Part shown: positions 4,017 to 13,207 of the stretch, piece by piece | How the letters are laid out: each line of letters begins with the position of its first letter | Numbering within the stretch: the first letter of the stretch is position 1 | Source of the DNA: a virus | Reading direction: 5' to 3' (one strand) | IMG/VR virus record: IMGVR_UViG_3300045988_163839 | Length of the DNA: 33,440 nucleotides | Made by a program: the position numbers and the translations under genes | Notes under the pieces: model-generated | What the model saw: the letters and a program-made list of their open reading frames with translations, nothing else | Told to the model about the DNA's origin: nothing | The model's database searches: none

Positions 4017-4914
4017 CATTAAGCTTTTTAGCATACCAGGCGTCGAATTGCTTTAAAACGTCGGCCTTGCGGGCATAGTGGGAAACGACGGTAGTTGTTA
4101 TATCAGAATAGCCGTCGAAATAAGACATGTACGAACGCCCCACAATATACCCGAGCTTGAATACTATAATGCCTATCCCAAGCCAGCCCCACGTCGCTAC
4201 GTCCTTAACGCCCATTAGCGCCATAAGAAAAACGCTTACCCACCAGGATATTGCGCTCTTTCCTTTGCGGATTTTCGCCATATCACTTTCACTCCGGCCG
4301 AGATCGGTCATGTCGTCATTTTTGTTTCCGGATAAAAGGGTATTAACGTCAATCCCCTTTACTCTCGCCGCCTTAGCCTCCAGCACGTAAACCGTGCGCT
4401 CCTTACCGAGCAGCATTCGCAGCTCTTTTTTGGGCAACGCTTTAAGCGGCGGTAAAACTTCTTTATCCGACCCGTAAGTTTCTGCATCAAACCGCTCGAA
4501 GGATACTGCCGCCCGTTGCAATATACCGCTTTGAATCGTTTTGAGCGCCGCGTCATTATACGCTGCGCAAAATTCAGATAACCGGTCAAGCTGATCGCCC
4601 GTCAGCGCGTTAGCCGCCGTTGAATAACTTTGCAAGGTATCTATATACTTCCTTTCTTTTTTCCCGGCGAACGTGCCTTTCGTGTAAAAATTCGCATTCA
4701 GCAGCATAGCTGCAAGAAAAAACGGCAGACACTCAATGCAGATATCAAGTATAGAACGCCACGTTATCTCTTTTAGCTCGATCGCGCCGAGATTTAATAG
4801 TAGCATAGCTATGACTATGCCAACGGCTATTATGTCGAAAATTCTGTCTTTGATACCGCCTTTGAACGACTGCTTAAAATCGTTATACGTTTCCGCCGGA
4901 TTCTTCTCCGCCAT
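3997..4914 (-). CDS. Membrane protein (305 aa; 2 N-terminal and 2 C-terminal TM segments with a soluble middle), last gene of the late operon
   Basis: RBS GAGGAGGGGG. Hydrophobic segments IFDIIAVGIVIAMLLLNLGAI, CIECLPFFLAAMLLNANF, AISWWVSVFLMALMGV and WGWLGIGIIVFKLGYIV. Confidence 0.75.
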   Translation of the reverse strand: MAEKNPAETYNDFKQSFKGGIKDRIFDIIAVGIVIAMLLLNLGAIELKEITWRSILDICIECLPFFLAAMLLNANFYTKGTFAGKKERKYIDTLQSYSTAANALTGDQLDRLSEFCAAYNDAALKTIQSGILQRAAVSFERFDAETYGSDKEVLPPLKALPKKELRMLLGKERTVYVLEAKAARVKGIDVNTLLSGNKNDDMTDLGRSESDMAKIRKGKSAISWWVSVFLMALMGVKDVATWGWLGIGIIVFKLGYIVGRSYMSYFDGYSDITTTVVSHYARKADVLKQFDAWYAKKLNEKRPTE

Positions 4915-5350
4915 TCTGCGCCCCCTCCTCGATCAGCTTTTGGGTTGTGGTAAACACAAATCCTGCGTGTTTATAATCTTGCGCGCTCTCCGGGAAAGCT
5001 TTTTCGATTCTCTTATACCACTGCTTGAAAGTCAGTTCGTCAATACCGCTTGCCGCTATTGTAGCTATGCACACATACTTGACAGGCAGTATTATATGCT
5101 CTATCAGCAAGCACAGTATCAGCACGGCTATCGATATTATAAGCGCCGACGGACTTTTGAATTTCTCAGCAATTTTATCCTTAAAAAACAGTGCGGCTAT
5201 CAGGATTGCAAACAATCCTGCAGCAGATATCGCCGTTTCCGTCCTGTGGATGAAAAAATCACCGCAGCACGCCAGCGTTATTAAAGGAGTACAGACAGTA
5301 AGCGCTGTCGATACTCCCTTAAACGCGTTATATTTAGCTACGCTTTTCAT
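4883..5350 (-). CDS. Multi-TM small membrane protein (155 aa), holin-like by position
   Basis: 3-4 hydrophobic helices. Located at the end of the late operon. RBS GCGGGGG. Confidence 0.65.
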   Translation of the reverse strand: MKSVAKYNAFKGVSTALTVCTPLITLACCGDFFIHRTETAISAAGLFAILIAALFFKDKIAEKFKSPSALIISIAVLILCLLIEHIILPVKYVCIATIAASGIDELTFKQWYKRIEKAFPESAQDYKHAGFVFTTTQKLIEEGAQNGGEESGGNV

Positions 5351-5352
5351 AC

Positions 5353-5901
5353 TTACCCCCGCATCACTACGACGGACGGCTCTCCCGCCGCCACGATTTT
5401 ATCGACGTTTTCCGTGCTCTTTTCCGCCTCCTCCGCGATAGCCGCTATTTTGGCCCTTAATTCAGCGTTTTCCTTCGCTATCGCCGCCCTGGTACCGGTT
5501 TCGCTGTACTTGGCGTTATTGATAACGTTATTTACATCTGTGCGCGTTTTGGCATTGGACGTCGCTCCGTTTTTTATATACTCCACTTCCAATACTGCGT
5601 TCGTTTTCGTCAAAATCCTGTCCGCCGTCTCCAGCGTTTCCTCGACCTTTTCACTCAAAACGTTATGCCCTTTCTCCAAAGCTCGTACTATATCCGCAAG
5701 CGCTTTATTCTGCTCCATAAGCGCCTTTAACTCCCTCGTCGCCGCAGTGTTCTCCTTTGCGCTTTTGCGCGTCTTTATCGTCAAAATTACGCTTATAAAC
5801 GCGCTCAAAAAGCCTGACGACGTTATAAACGTTATAAACGCCGTCGAATGCTCAAGCACGTAACGCCATACCATAGAAAAAAATTCGTACATTTCAATCA
5901 T
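5353..5901 (-). CDS. N-terminal TM anchor plus coiled-coil protein (182 aa; alternative start at 5892)
   Basis: TM segment FITFITSSGFLSAFISVILTI followed by a long helical region. ATGA overlap with the upstream gene. Confidence 0.7.
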   Translation of the reverse strand: MIEMYEFFSMVWRYVLEHSTAFITFITSSGFLSAFISVILTIKTRKSAKENTAATRELKALMEQNKALADIVRALEKGHNVLSEKVEETLETADRILTKTNAVLEVEYIKNGATSNAKTRTDVNNVINNAKYSETGTRAAIAKENAELRAKIAAIAEEAEKSTENVDKIVAAGEPSVVVMRG

Positions 5902-6371
5902 ACCTCCTCGAGTTTATCGTCAACCCATGCCGGCCTATCAGGAATCGACTTCGTTTCCGTTACGTCCAGCCAGGCGTTATACCAATCGGACAATTCTATC
6001 TCTTGATCACTTGTCAATCTGTCGTACCACAACTTGCCGCGGTTGACGACGGGAAAACACTCTGAAGCGCGCCGGCCGCGCAGTACCGTCAGCTCGCGTT
6101 CGGCAAGCTCTTCGGGCGTATAGGGTATATATACCTGTATATCCTCGTACTCGTCATACGCCGCTCTTGCTTCCTGCGGCTCTATATCCCATACCCATTC
6201 CACGTCTTTTCCGCCGTTAGGATATTCTGTCAGAGTTTCATAATGCCCCTCGCCCTGACGCTCTTCTGCCGCTTCGTGGTGTTCGACAAAAAGCTTGTCC
6301 GATTTTAAATATCCCAACGCTAAATCGTAGCTTTCTAAAACATCAGTTTTTGTTTCGTTATATACTTTCAT
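5898..6371 (-). CDS. Hypothetical acidic protein downstream of the fibers (157 aa), possible fiber assembly factor
   Basis: RBS AAGGAGG. The functional guess is positional only. Confidence 0.7.
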   Translation of the reverse strand: MKVYNETKTDVLESYDLALGYLKSDKLFVEHHEAAEERQGEGHYETLTEYPNGGKDVEWVWDIEPQEARAAYDEYEDIQVYIPYTPEELAERELTVLRGRRASECFPVVNRGKLWYDRLTSDQEIELSDWYNAWLDVTETKSIPDRPAWVDDKLEEV

Positions 6372-6384
6372 TATTCTTACCTCC

Positions 6385-6858
6385 TTAAGCCGTTCTTTTC
6401 CAAGTATAAACTGCTAAGTACGGCGGCATTATACTGAAAGGCTGACCGCCGCCCGTACTGCCTGTTTCCGCGCTGGTCGATTGAGGTAACCAGCCGCTTC
6501 CGCCTGTCGCGCCATTCAATCCGCTGTTCCCTGCCGGGCTGTATGTGTGAGTATGATTGACCAGCTCATCAAGCGTCATAGTGTGCGTGGCGCTGCCGCC
6601 CGTACTGCCTGCCGCATAGGTTGTTCCTGCCGCTAGCGGAAAAACGTCCTGGATTCTTGTCCAGGTGCCGCCCATAAAGCTTGCCGGTGAATTATTATTG
6701 ACCGACATATAAATGCTGCCAACCGGATAAAGCAGATTAAGCAGCGCGGTCTTTGCGCCCGTACCAAACGTTTTTGTTTCCACTTGATTAAACGTCCCGG
6801 TCCCGCTTGCCGTAAAGTTTCCTTTCACCTCTACGTTTTGATAAATTACGTTCTCCAT
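6385..6858 (-). CDS. Tail fiber protein with a tail-collar-like domain (157 aa)
   Basis: Motif GGSATHTMTLDELVNHTHTY resembles the phage tail collar domain signature. Gly-rich C-terminus. Confidence 0.7.
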   Translation of the reverse strand: MENVIYQNVEVKGNFTASGTGTFNQVETKTFGTGAKTALLNLLYPVGSIYMSVNNNSPASFMGGTWTRIQDVFPLAAGTTYAAGSTGGSATHTMTLDELVNHTHTYSPAGNSGLNGATGGSGWLPQSTSAETGSTGGGQPFSIMPPYLAVYTWKRTA

Positions 6859-6876
6859 AATTTCTTTGTGCTCCTT

Positions 6877-7377
6877 TTATGTAATATTGATTTTGAATGC
6901 TACAGCAACATTGCTGTAAAGCCGTACTTCGCCTGAGGAATTTACATTGACGCCGAAATCAATTTTATTTCCGCTGTTGTCATACGTCGTGACCGTCGGG
7001 TTATTCCCTTTCCCGTGCGTTTCTTCCGGTATTATGATTGTAAAAGGCGCGGCGCTGCACTGCCACGCGCTTGCCGTATAGGTATTTACGTAAGGGGCCG
7101 CTCCTCCCGACGCCGGTATATGCCAATTTCCACCGCTGTATATCCATAACCTGAAAGTCTGAATCACGTAGTAAAGCTTGTTTTCTATAGGCGACAGTAA
7201 CGCCTCTCGCTCGCTTTCCGTTGCGAGCGGGATTATATCCGTCACCTCGATTCGGTCGCCGTTTAACGAGTCGAAATATAGCCTTTTGGTGTCCCGAACG
7301 TATATTACCTGCCCGGCCGTTTTGGAAATGCTGTTAAGTACCGACGATATCGTTTCGCCAGATTGCATTAAAGCCAT
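6877..7377 (-). CDS. Tail fiber-related protein (166 aa)
   Basis: The N-terminal motif VIYVRDTKRLYF...GGNWHI parallels LYFVSDTHRVYK...NGAWVTV of 7391..8521. Confidence 0.65.
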   Translation of the reverse strand: MALMQSGETISSVLNSISKTAGQVIYVRDTKRLYFDSLNGDRIEVTDIIPLATESEREALLSPIENKLYYVIQTFRLWIYSGGNWHIPASGGAAPYVNTYTASAWQCSAAPFTIIIPEETHGKGNNPTVTTYDNSGNKIDFGVNVNSSGEVRLYSNVAVAFKINIT

Positions 7378-7390
7378 AATCTATTCCTCC

Positions 7391-8521
7391 TCATGTCGTA
7401 AGATTTCTCCAGGTCAGCGCCGCAACTACCGCCGATTCTGACGGTATCTTGCTTGCCGACGGATTACTTGCGCTAAGCGTAGTCGTTATGCTGGAAGTAT
7501 CCACTTTCCCGGCAAGGCTGCTTTGAACTGCGTTTATGCTACCTTGCAAAGCTTGTCGAACCGCCGCGACCGCAGCTTCCGTAGCAAGCACCTTTTCCGA
7601 CGGGCTTGACGCTATCGCCGCGCCGCCTATCGTCGTGCCGCTGACCTCTATGTCGCCCGACGTTTGCGAGATTATTACCTCGCCTCCGCGGCCTGACGGC
7701 AAGACGTCCAGCTTGCCCGTAGGCGCAGGCGCGTATAACCCGTCCGTTTTTACTTCAAGAATATTATCCGAACTCGAGGACAGCTTTACGTTTGCAGCAA
7801 TTTCATTGCTTGCCGATACTCCGACAGTAACCGTTGCTGTACTTCCGCCCGTATACACATCCACTAGCGCCTCTGCCGGTATCTTTATGACCGAGCCGTC
7901 CTTCATCGTAAGCTCTATATCCTTTGTAGTCGGATTATACGTTCCCGATACTATGAAATTATCCTGCGGAAGATTAACTACGACTGGCTCGTCCACGCAC
8001 GACATTCTGAAAGTCAGCGTCAGATTATCCTTGTCGTACTCGACCGACGAAACGAGATCGCTTAGGTGCAGCCTTTCCGTACTCCCTCCGCCCTTCGTTA
8101 TGATTAGGTCGCGCTCGTCGTTACCCGTGCCGCTTGTCGCCGCGTCCTTTGCTTCGTATGCTATGCTCGTTATTATTCCGCCCGAACCGATAGCCGTCTC
8201 CAGCGCGTTTGTTACGTATGCCGCCACCGCCTTTGCTGTCGTTAGCTTTTCCGATGTTTCCGTCACCGTACCCGTGAAGCCTTTAGCTACCGTTACCCAT
8301 GCTCCGTTCTGCCAGATACGGCCCTCAAGATCGCTTTCCGCGATATAGACAACTCCGACCTCGCCGCTTGCAGGAAAGGATGATACCAGCTCTATTTTAC
8401 CTGTGTACAGCGTTCCTCCTTTATATACCCTGTGCGTATCCGATACAAAATAAAGCGCGTCGCCGTCCTTATTCGCCAGCCCGTCGTAGGCGCTTTGTAA
8501 TATTGTATTGAAAGTTACCAT
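7391..8521 (-). CDS. Tail fiber protein (376 aa)
   Basis: RBS AAAGGAGG. Fiber-type N-terminal motif. Ser/Thr/Gly/Ala-rich beta-type sequence. Confidence 0.7.
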   Translation of the reverse strand: MVTFNTILQSAYDGLANKDGDALYFVSDTHRVYKGGTLYTGKIELVSSFPASGEVGVVYIAESDLEGRIWQNGAWVTVAKGFTGTVTETSEKLTTAKAVAAYVTNALETAIGSGGIITSIAYEAKDAATSGTGNDERDLIITKGGGSTERLHLSDLVSSVEYDKDNLTLTFRMSCVDEPVVVNLPQDNFIVSGTYNPTTKDIELTMKDGSVIKIPAEALVDVYTGGSTATVTVGVSASNEIAANVKLSSSSDNILEVKTDGLYAPAPTGKLDVLPSGRGGEVIISQTSGDIEVSGTTIGGAAIASSPSEKVLATEAAVAAVRQALQGSINAVQSSLAGKVDTSSITTTLSASNPSASKIPSESAVVAALTWRNLTT

Positions 8522-9604
8522 TTATTTCGTTCCTCCTTTTACCGCGCTCGTATAATCTTTCCACGTAAGCGCAGCGCGAATCTTTGCATCTACCTCTTCC
8601 GGCGTTGTCCACGTTGCGCTAAGCGTCTCAGTCGTTCCGTCTACATAAGTCACAAACAGATCGCCCCCGACGATAGCGATACTTTTAACGAAATTCGACG
8701 AAAACGTCTGCGCTCCGAACAACAGCAGCCGACCGCTGTACTGCGCATTCGCCGTCATGTAGATGCTTCCGTCCGACCCGACGAACACCGCGTCCGTCTG
8801 CGTGTAATATCCGTTGCGCTCAGCCGCCGTAAGGTCGCTACCCGCTTTATACGTTTCCGTTCCCGTCCTTGACAGCAGCGCCATATATCTGTCGTCGCTA
8901 AAGCCGGTTTGACCGGGTCCGAACGCTAATTCGTACCCTCCGCCGGAAGCGCTCAGCCAGCTGTCCTCCGTAAACGTCAGAATTGTAAGCCAGTCAGATA
9001 CTACGGTTCCTCCGCCCTGTCCCGCCGCCGGCACCCGCATACGCGCCGTGCTTCCGTCGCTGTATGTTTTATAAAATTCGTAAAATTTCACTCCATTCTC
9101 TTCGAGCAACGCGCATGTAAAATCCACCAGCACCTTTGCCGTATTTCTGTTCTCTAAATCCGTAACTCTGCCGGCCAGGCCGGAATACATCTCTAAAAGA
9201 GCCTGCCACTGATTCGGATCCGGTTCCTCAGGCGGTAACGGCGCCGTTCCCTTTTGAACGCTGAAGTTTACGGAAGACGTCGCTACAACCTCTCCGGAAT
9301 ACGACACTTTAAATTGCGCTACTACCGTCCCGGCATACTTTGTCACCAGGCCGTTCTTCGTCTGCCACTCCCATACGCCGTACTCGTCTCCCAGCTTATC
9401 CGTTACTCCTTCAAGCTCCGATACCGACGTCAGCCCGTACTCCTCCGTATAATCCCCGTTCGCCAGTATAAATGATACCGACACCGCGTCGGTATTGGGA
9501 AACGGCCCCACAAAGTACAGGCTCCCCTTTAAGCTTGATCCTTGATATACCGGCGTCGGGACCACGTCTATCGCCGTTCCGTCCGCTTTTACAAACACTA
9601 TCAT
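8522..9604 (-). CDS. Tail/baseplate or receptor-binding protein (360 aa)
   Basis: RBS GGAGGAA. Sits between the large tail protein and the fibers. No firm domain call. Confidence 0.65.
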   Translation of the reverse strand: MIVFVKADGTAIDVVPTPVYQGSSLKGSLYFVGPFPNTDAVSVSFILANGDYTEEYGLTSVSELEGVTDKLGDEYGVWEWQTKNGLVTKYAGTVVAQFKVSYSGEVVATSSVNFSVQKGTAPLPPEEPDPNQWQALLEMYSGLAGRVTDLENRNTAKVLVDFTCALLEENGVKFYEFYKTYSDGSTARMRVPAAGQGGGTVVSDWLTILTFTEDSWLSASGGGYELAFGPGQTGFSDDRYMALLSRTGTETYKAGSDLTAAERNGYYTQTDAVFVGSDGSIYMTANAQYSGRLLLFGAQTFSSNFVKSIAIVGGDLFVTYVDGTTETLSATWTTPEEVDAKIRAALTWKDYTSAVKGGTK

Positions 9605-9608
9605 GCTT

Positions 9609-9842
9609 TTATTCCTCCGCCGGCGCTATTCCGCTCGCTTCCACAAACACATTCATAAACCGCTCAATGTGATTAAGCTCGTCGGATATAATTTCCCGGT
9701 ACTGCGCTGCTGCTTCTTCATCGCCGTTTTCAAGCGCCGCTTTAAGCCGTACCGTATATTCCCTGATTGTAGTACATTCGTCCGCCGCCGACTGCGCCGC
9801 CTCCATTGCCACTCCCAGCCTTCCTTTTGTCTCTTCGTCCAT
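9609..9842 (-). CDS. Small acidic helical protein in the tail module (77 aa)
   Basis: RBS TAGGAGGAA. Coding-like composition. Confidence 0.6.
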   Translation of the reverse strand: MDEETKGRLGVAMEAAQSAADECTTIREYTVRLKAALENGDEEAAAQYREIISDELNHIERFMNVFVEASGIAPAEE

Positions 9843-9853
9843 TTATGTTCCTC

Positions 9854-12697
9854 CTATAAAAATATATCGTGCTTACCGGCTATAAACAGCCCGTCGAGAA
9901 TATCCTCGTCTTGCGGCGTTATTTGCCTGTTACAGCCGATTAAAACCTCTCCCGTTTCTTTATCCGTCATTGCCCACGATTGCCCGTTTACTGGCGATTT
10001 ACAAGGCTTAAACTGTATTCCACCGTCTATCAGATAAAATCCGTCGCTATTTCCGTTATAATCGTATATCTGCGTCGCTCCGTTAAGGTCCGCCTTAAGC
10101 CTGAATTTATTAAGACGCTGCGGTAAAACGTATAATACCGCGCCGTGACCGCTCTGTGAGCCGCTCACGAACACGCAATTTTTTGCCAAAGCCGAACCGA
10201 TTATGATGTTTTTGCGGTTGCTTACGTAATCTATCTGATATGTTACAGACAGTATTTCAGTACTGCCCTTTTTAACCCACAATGGTCTTTCCCCGGTGTT
10301 TATGTAGGCCTGTCCGCGTCCCGTAATATTGGTCGCATTCGGTAAGCTTGTTCCTATCTGAGTTTGCTGCTCCTTTGTTGCCGGAATCGTTCCGCCCTCG
10401 TAATACTTCAAGTGCAAATACTCCATGTTTCCGTGCACGTCACTATACGCTACTCCGTTTGTAAACCACCCTTGCACGTTGTTTTGCTCTCGCCAGGTCA
10501 CGTTATTTCCCGCGGAATAATTATCCTCGTATTTAAACGTCATCACCGCCGCGTTACCGAACGCTGCGGTTTGCACCGGAAGCGCTATTTCTGCCAATAA
10601 GTTTTCCGAATCGTCTTCTCCCTGCGCAATAGCCAACGTTATAGGCTCAGTTTCAAAATTCTGACTGAACGTTGTTGCTATTCTAGAAATGTCGAATAAC
10701 GTATTCTCCGAGCCTACTTTATCTCCTATTACCACGTAGTCTCGATAAGATAAATTGCTGTCGTAGGCCTGCCTCTCGGATACCTCATATACTCTCTTGG
10801 CCGTATTTATTCCTATAAACTCCGAATATCTGTTGAAGTCCTGCGAAAGCCCCAGCGTTATCTTTGTGGATTCGGGCTGTATTTCAACATCCACCGTGCT
10901 AATGTAATAATCGTCGTCAAATAGATCCCCGACCTTAGGAATCCTGGCCAAACCGGCAAACACAAAAGTATAGGTTTTCTCTACGTTGCCCATACGCGCT
11001 ATAGCGCCCTTCATTCTCTCCCCGTAATAGCTTGCTTCTACCACATTTTGCGCCTGATTATACGCAAGCGTTCTGGGTGCTGTCAATTCGCCTATATACG
11101 CTTTGGACTGCTGTACTCTTGCGCTGAATATAGGCGTGTACGTTACCCTAAAAGCAAGAAGCGGATATCCTCCCTCCGTATATCCGTCCTCCCCATTTTC
11201 TTTCCCCTCATCTATCGTAAGACTGCTATCTCCGGTTGCTGCTCTGAGAATATTTAATATTGCATAATTTTTAAATGCAGGCGAAATCGGGTGCGCCTCC
11301 TTAAAATTAAGTCCGTAAATATTTTTTTCTCCGATAGTATAATACAGCGCGTATGCGCGCGATTCCGGATAAAGTTCGCTATATGAGCTCATACGCGCAT
11401 AATCCGCACTCTCGAAAATATAAGGCGTTATATCCGCGGACGTCGTCTCTCCCACAAAGCCGCACTCCACTTTGCTGATTGAGTATATTGGCCACTGCGT
11501 CGAAATAAGCATATTGCCTTCTTCCACTCTTGCGTATAACGTTTCCGTTCTCAGCGTTTTATAGCCTCCGTCATACGGCTCGATTATTACTCCGCTATCA
11601 CGGCCGACCGTATTAACGAAATTGTCTACGCTGCTGTCTATGCCGCTTGCATATTGTTCGATATCCTGTCGCATTGACAAAGCCGCATAATTTTTATAAT
11701 GCACGTCATTTAATGCTCCGGAGCCGTACATATCATAGTATATTTCGTCACCGTTAAGCCGCGGCTCTCCGTGGATATACGCGCCCACGCCTTGCAATAT
11801 CTCCCGCAGCGTGCTTTGCGTAAATTGAAATTCCGGCGTTTCTATCTTCTCAAATTCTTTCGCTTGATCAGCATTCAGGTGAAATTTCGGCGTATCGCCT
11901 TTTCGCAACGGCTCTGCTATCATCAACGCGCGCTCGATAACGCTTCGCGCATTCCATTTCGGTGACGGTTCTACATTAGAAGCAATATTTACTAAATACG
12001 TTGCTGTACCATTTACAGTAAGTTGTCCGGTACTATTCAATAAATCAAAATGATATATCAATTCAACAGTGCCATTAGTCAAATCAACGACTATAGGGGT
12101 ATCTACATCTTTTTCCCTTTTTATTTCTACTCCATTTTGAATAACAACTGTATAACTTGACACGGTTGCTTTCCATGTAAACAATGACTGTAACGAGGGA
12201 AAAGAATTTTCCCCAACTAAAAGAGGAGTATATATAGATTGCTGTATTTCCGGAATTGATCCAATTCCACCTGTTTTTTCTAATGCAGGTTTTACTTCAT
12301 TTTTTGCATTAGTGTAAATTCTCCCCAAGCTGTTTACATAACATTGAGATCGACATATAAACCCCTCTAAAAATTTTGTTTCCTCAATAAGCATTAACCG
12401 ATGATTCCAGCGGCGTTCGCCTACTATTTTTTCCTCGGAATAATCGCTTGTAACCAACATATTAAGCGTAATGTCGCGACCGGGAAAATCATTATTCCAA
12501 ATGCGAATAACTATTTTAGTCAACGGATGAATTACGGGCGTTTTTGTCCTGAGTAAAGCTATACTTGCCTCGTCAAGCTGTTCGTCCAGTATTTTTGATA
12601 ATTTTATAGGAAACACAGTATTTTGCGTACAATCAATTATTTTTCTGTTTATGTAGATAAATGTCTGAAAACTGTTGCTTTTTGGCGAATTATTCAT
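9854..12697 (-). CDS. Large tail structural protein (947 aa)
   Basis: Longest ORF, in the tail module. Not tape-measure-like (no coiled coil or TM). The 5' ~750 nt (about 11960-12697) is visibly more AT-rich than the rest. Confidence 0.8.
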   Translation of the reverse strand: MNNSPKSNSFQTFIYINRKIIDCTQNTVFPIKLSKILDEQLDEASIALLRTKTPVIHPLTKIVIRIWNNDFPGRDITLNMLVTSDYSEEKIVGERRWNHRLMLIEETKFLEGFICRSQCYVNSLGRIYTNAKNEVKPALEKTGGIGSIPEIQQSIYTPLLVGENSFPSLQSLFTWKATVSSYTVVIQNGVEIKREKDVDTPIVVDLTNGTVELIYHFDLLNSTGQLTVNGTATYLVNIASNVEPSPKWNARSVIERALMIAEPLRKGDTPKFHLNADQAKEFEKIETPEFQFTQSTLREILQGVGAYIHGEPRLNGDEIYYDMYGSGALNDVHYKNYAALSMRQDIEQYASGIDSSVDNFVNTVGRDSGVIIEPYDGGYKTLRTETLYARVEEGNMLISTQWPIYSISKVECGFVGETTSADITPYIFESADYARMSSYSELYPESRAYALYYTIGEKNIYGLNFKEAHPISPAFKNYAILNILRAATGDSSLTIDEGKENGEDGYTEGGYPLLAFRVTYTPIFSARVQQSKAYIGELTAPRTLAYNQAQNVVEASYYGERMKGAIARMGNVEKTYTFVFAGLARIPKVGDLFDDDYYISTVDVEIQPESTKITLGLSQDFNRYSEFIGINTAKRVYEVSERQAYDSNLSYRDYVVIGDKVGSENTLFDISRIATTFSQNFETEPITLAIAQGEDDSENLLAEIALPVQTAAFGNAAVMTFKYEDNYSAGNNVTWREQNNVQGWFTNGVAYSDVHGNMEYLHLKYYEGGTIPATKEQQTQIGTSLPNATNITGRGQAYINTGERPLWVKKGSTEILSVTYQIDYVSNRKNIIIGSALAKNCVFVSGSQSGHGAVLYVLPQRLNKFRLKADLNGATQIYDYNGNSDGFYLIDGGIQFKPCKSPVNGQSWAMTDKETGEVLIGCNRQITPQDEDILDGLFIAGKHDIFL

Positions 12698-12745
12698 AAC
12701 TTTACTCCATTTGTTAAATTTTTTATTATTTTTTAACTTATTTTA

Positions 12746-12774
12746 TTGACATAATACTTTTTAAACTCTATACT
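12746..12774 (+). promoter_or_regulatory. Near-consensus promoter of the plus-strand moron
   Basis: TTGACA (12746-12751), 17 nt, TATACT (12769-12774). RBS AAAGGAGAAG precedes the ATG at 12795. Confidence 0.65.
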
Positions 12775-12794
12775 TCAAAAAAAGGAGAAGTATT

Positions 12795-13163
12795 ATGAAA
12801 AAAAAGACATTAAACATTTTAATAATTACAGTTTTAACATTATCATTAACAAATTTTATAATCGTTTTAATCGATGTATTAAAATTTTTACCTGCTGATT
12901 TTAATTTTACAGTAGGTTGGAAAACTGCTCTTTTAGCAAGTACAATAAGAGCTTCTTTTTCTTGTCTGATAAGTATAATAATAACTATATTTTGCATTTT
13001 ACTAATGTGTAAAATAAATATAATTGAAATAAAAACATACTCCGGTGATTTTAAGGAATGGTATGAAAAGATGCGTAACGAGAGAAAACAGCTTAAGTTA
13101 GCAAAGAAAAAAGCTAAGCTGCAAAAACAGCTTGACGAAATCAACGAAAAAGACAGCGAATGA
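12795..13163 (+). CDS. Moron: membrane protein with a charged coiled C-terminus (122 aa), candidate superinfection-exclusion factor
   Basis: Opposite strand to the late operon that surrounds it. Has its own promoter and RBS, is AT-rich, and has 2-3 TM helices plus a KKQLKLAKKKAKLQKQLDE tail. Confidence 0.7.
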   Translation: MKKKTLNILIITVLTLSLTNFIIVLIDVLKFLPADFNFTVGWKTALLASTIRASFSCLISIIITIFCILLMCKINIIEIKTYSGDFKEWYEKMRNERKQLKLAKKKAKLQKQLDEINEKDSE

Positions 13164-13207
13164 TTGTAAGGTTTTTATTTACTTCGCTTATATTCAGTTA
13201 TTAACCC

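Noticed and set aside
7536-8348. 270-aa plus-strand ORF (and 8299..8511) inside the tail-fiber gene region
   Set aside because: It is an antisense shadow of the well-supported minus-strand gene 7391..8521. It has no RBS and a Ser/Pro/Ala/Thr-biased translation typical of reverse-frame artefacts in GC-richer DNA. The same reasoning applies to 4127..4390, 4736..5284, 5025..5441, 5414..5863, 9254..10037, 13230..13714, 16350..16922, 16465..16797, 19124..19414, 19895..20516, 23259..24001, 26264..27049, 26527..26913, 27001..27923, 28193..28668 and 29236..30557.
9854-12697. The 947-aa ORF as a tape measure protein
   Set aside because: It has no extended coiled-coil, Gly-rich or TM segments and no repeats. 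Its composition looks like a beta-rich tail/baseplate protein.
12761-13144. 127-aa minus-strand ORF opposite the moron
   Set aside because: The plus-strand ORF has a consensus promoter, a strong RBS and a coherent TM + coiled-coil protein. The minus ORF lacks an RBS and looks like an AT-rich shadow.
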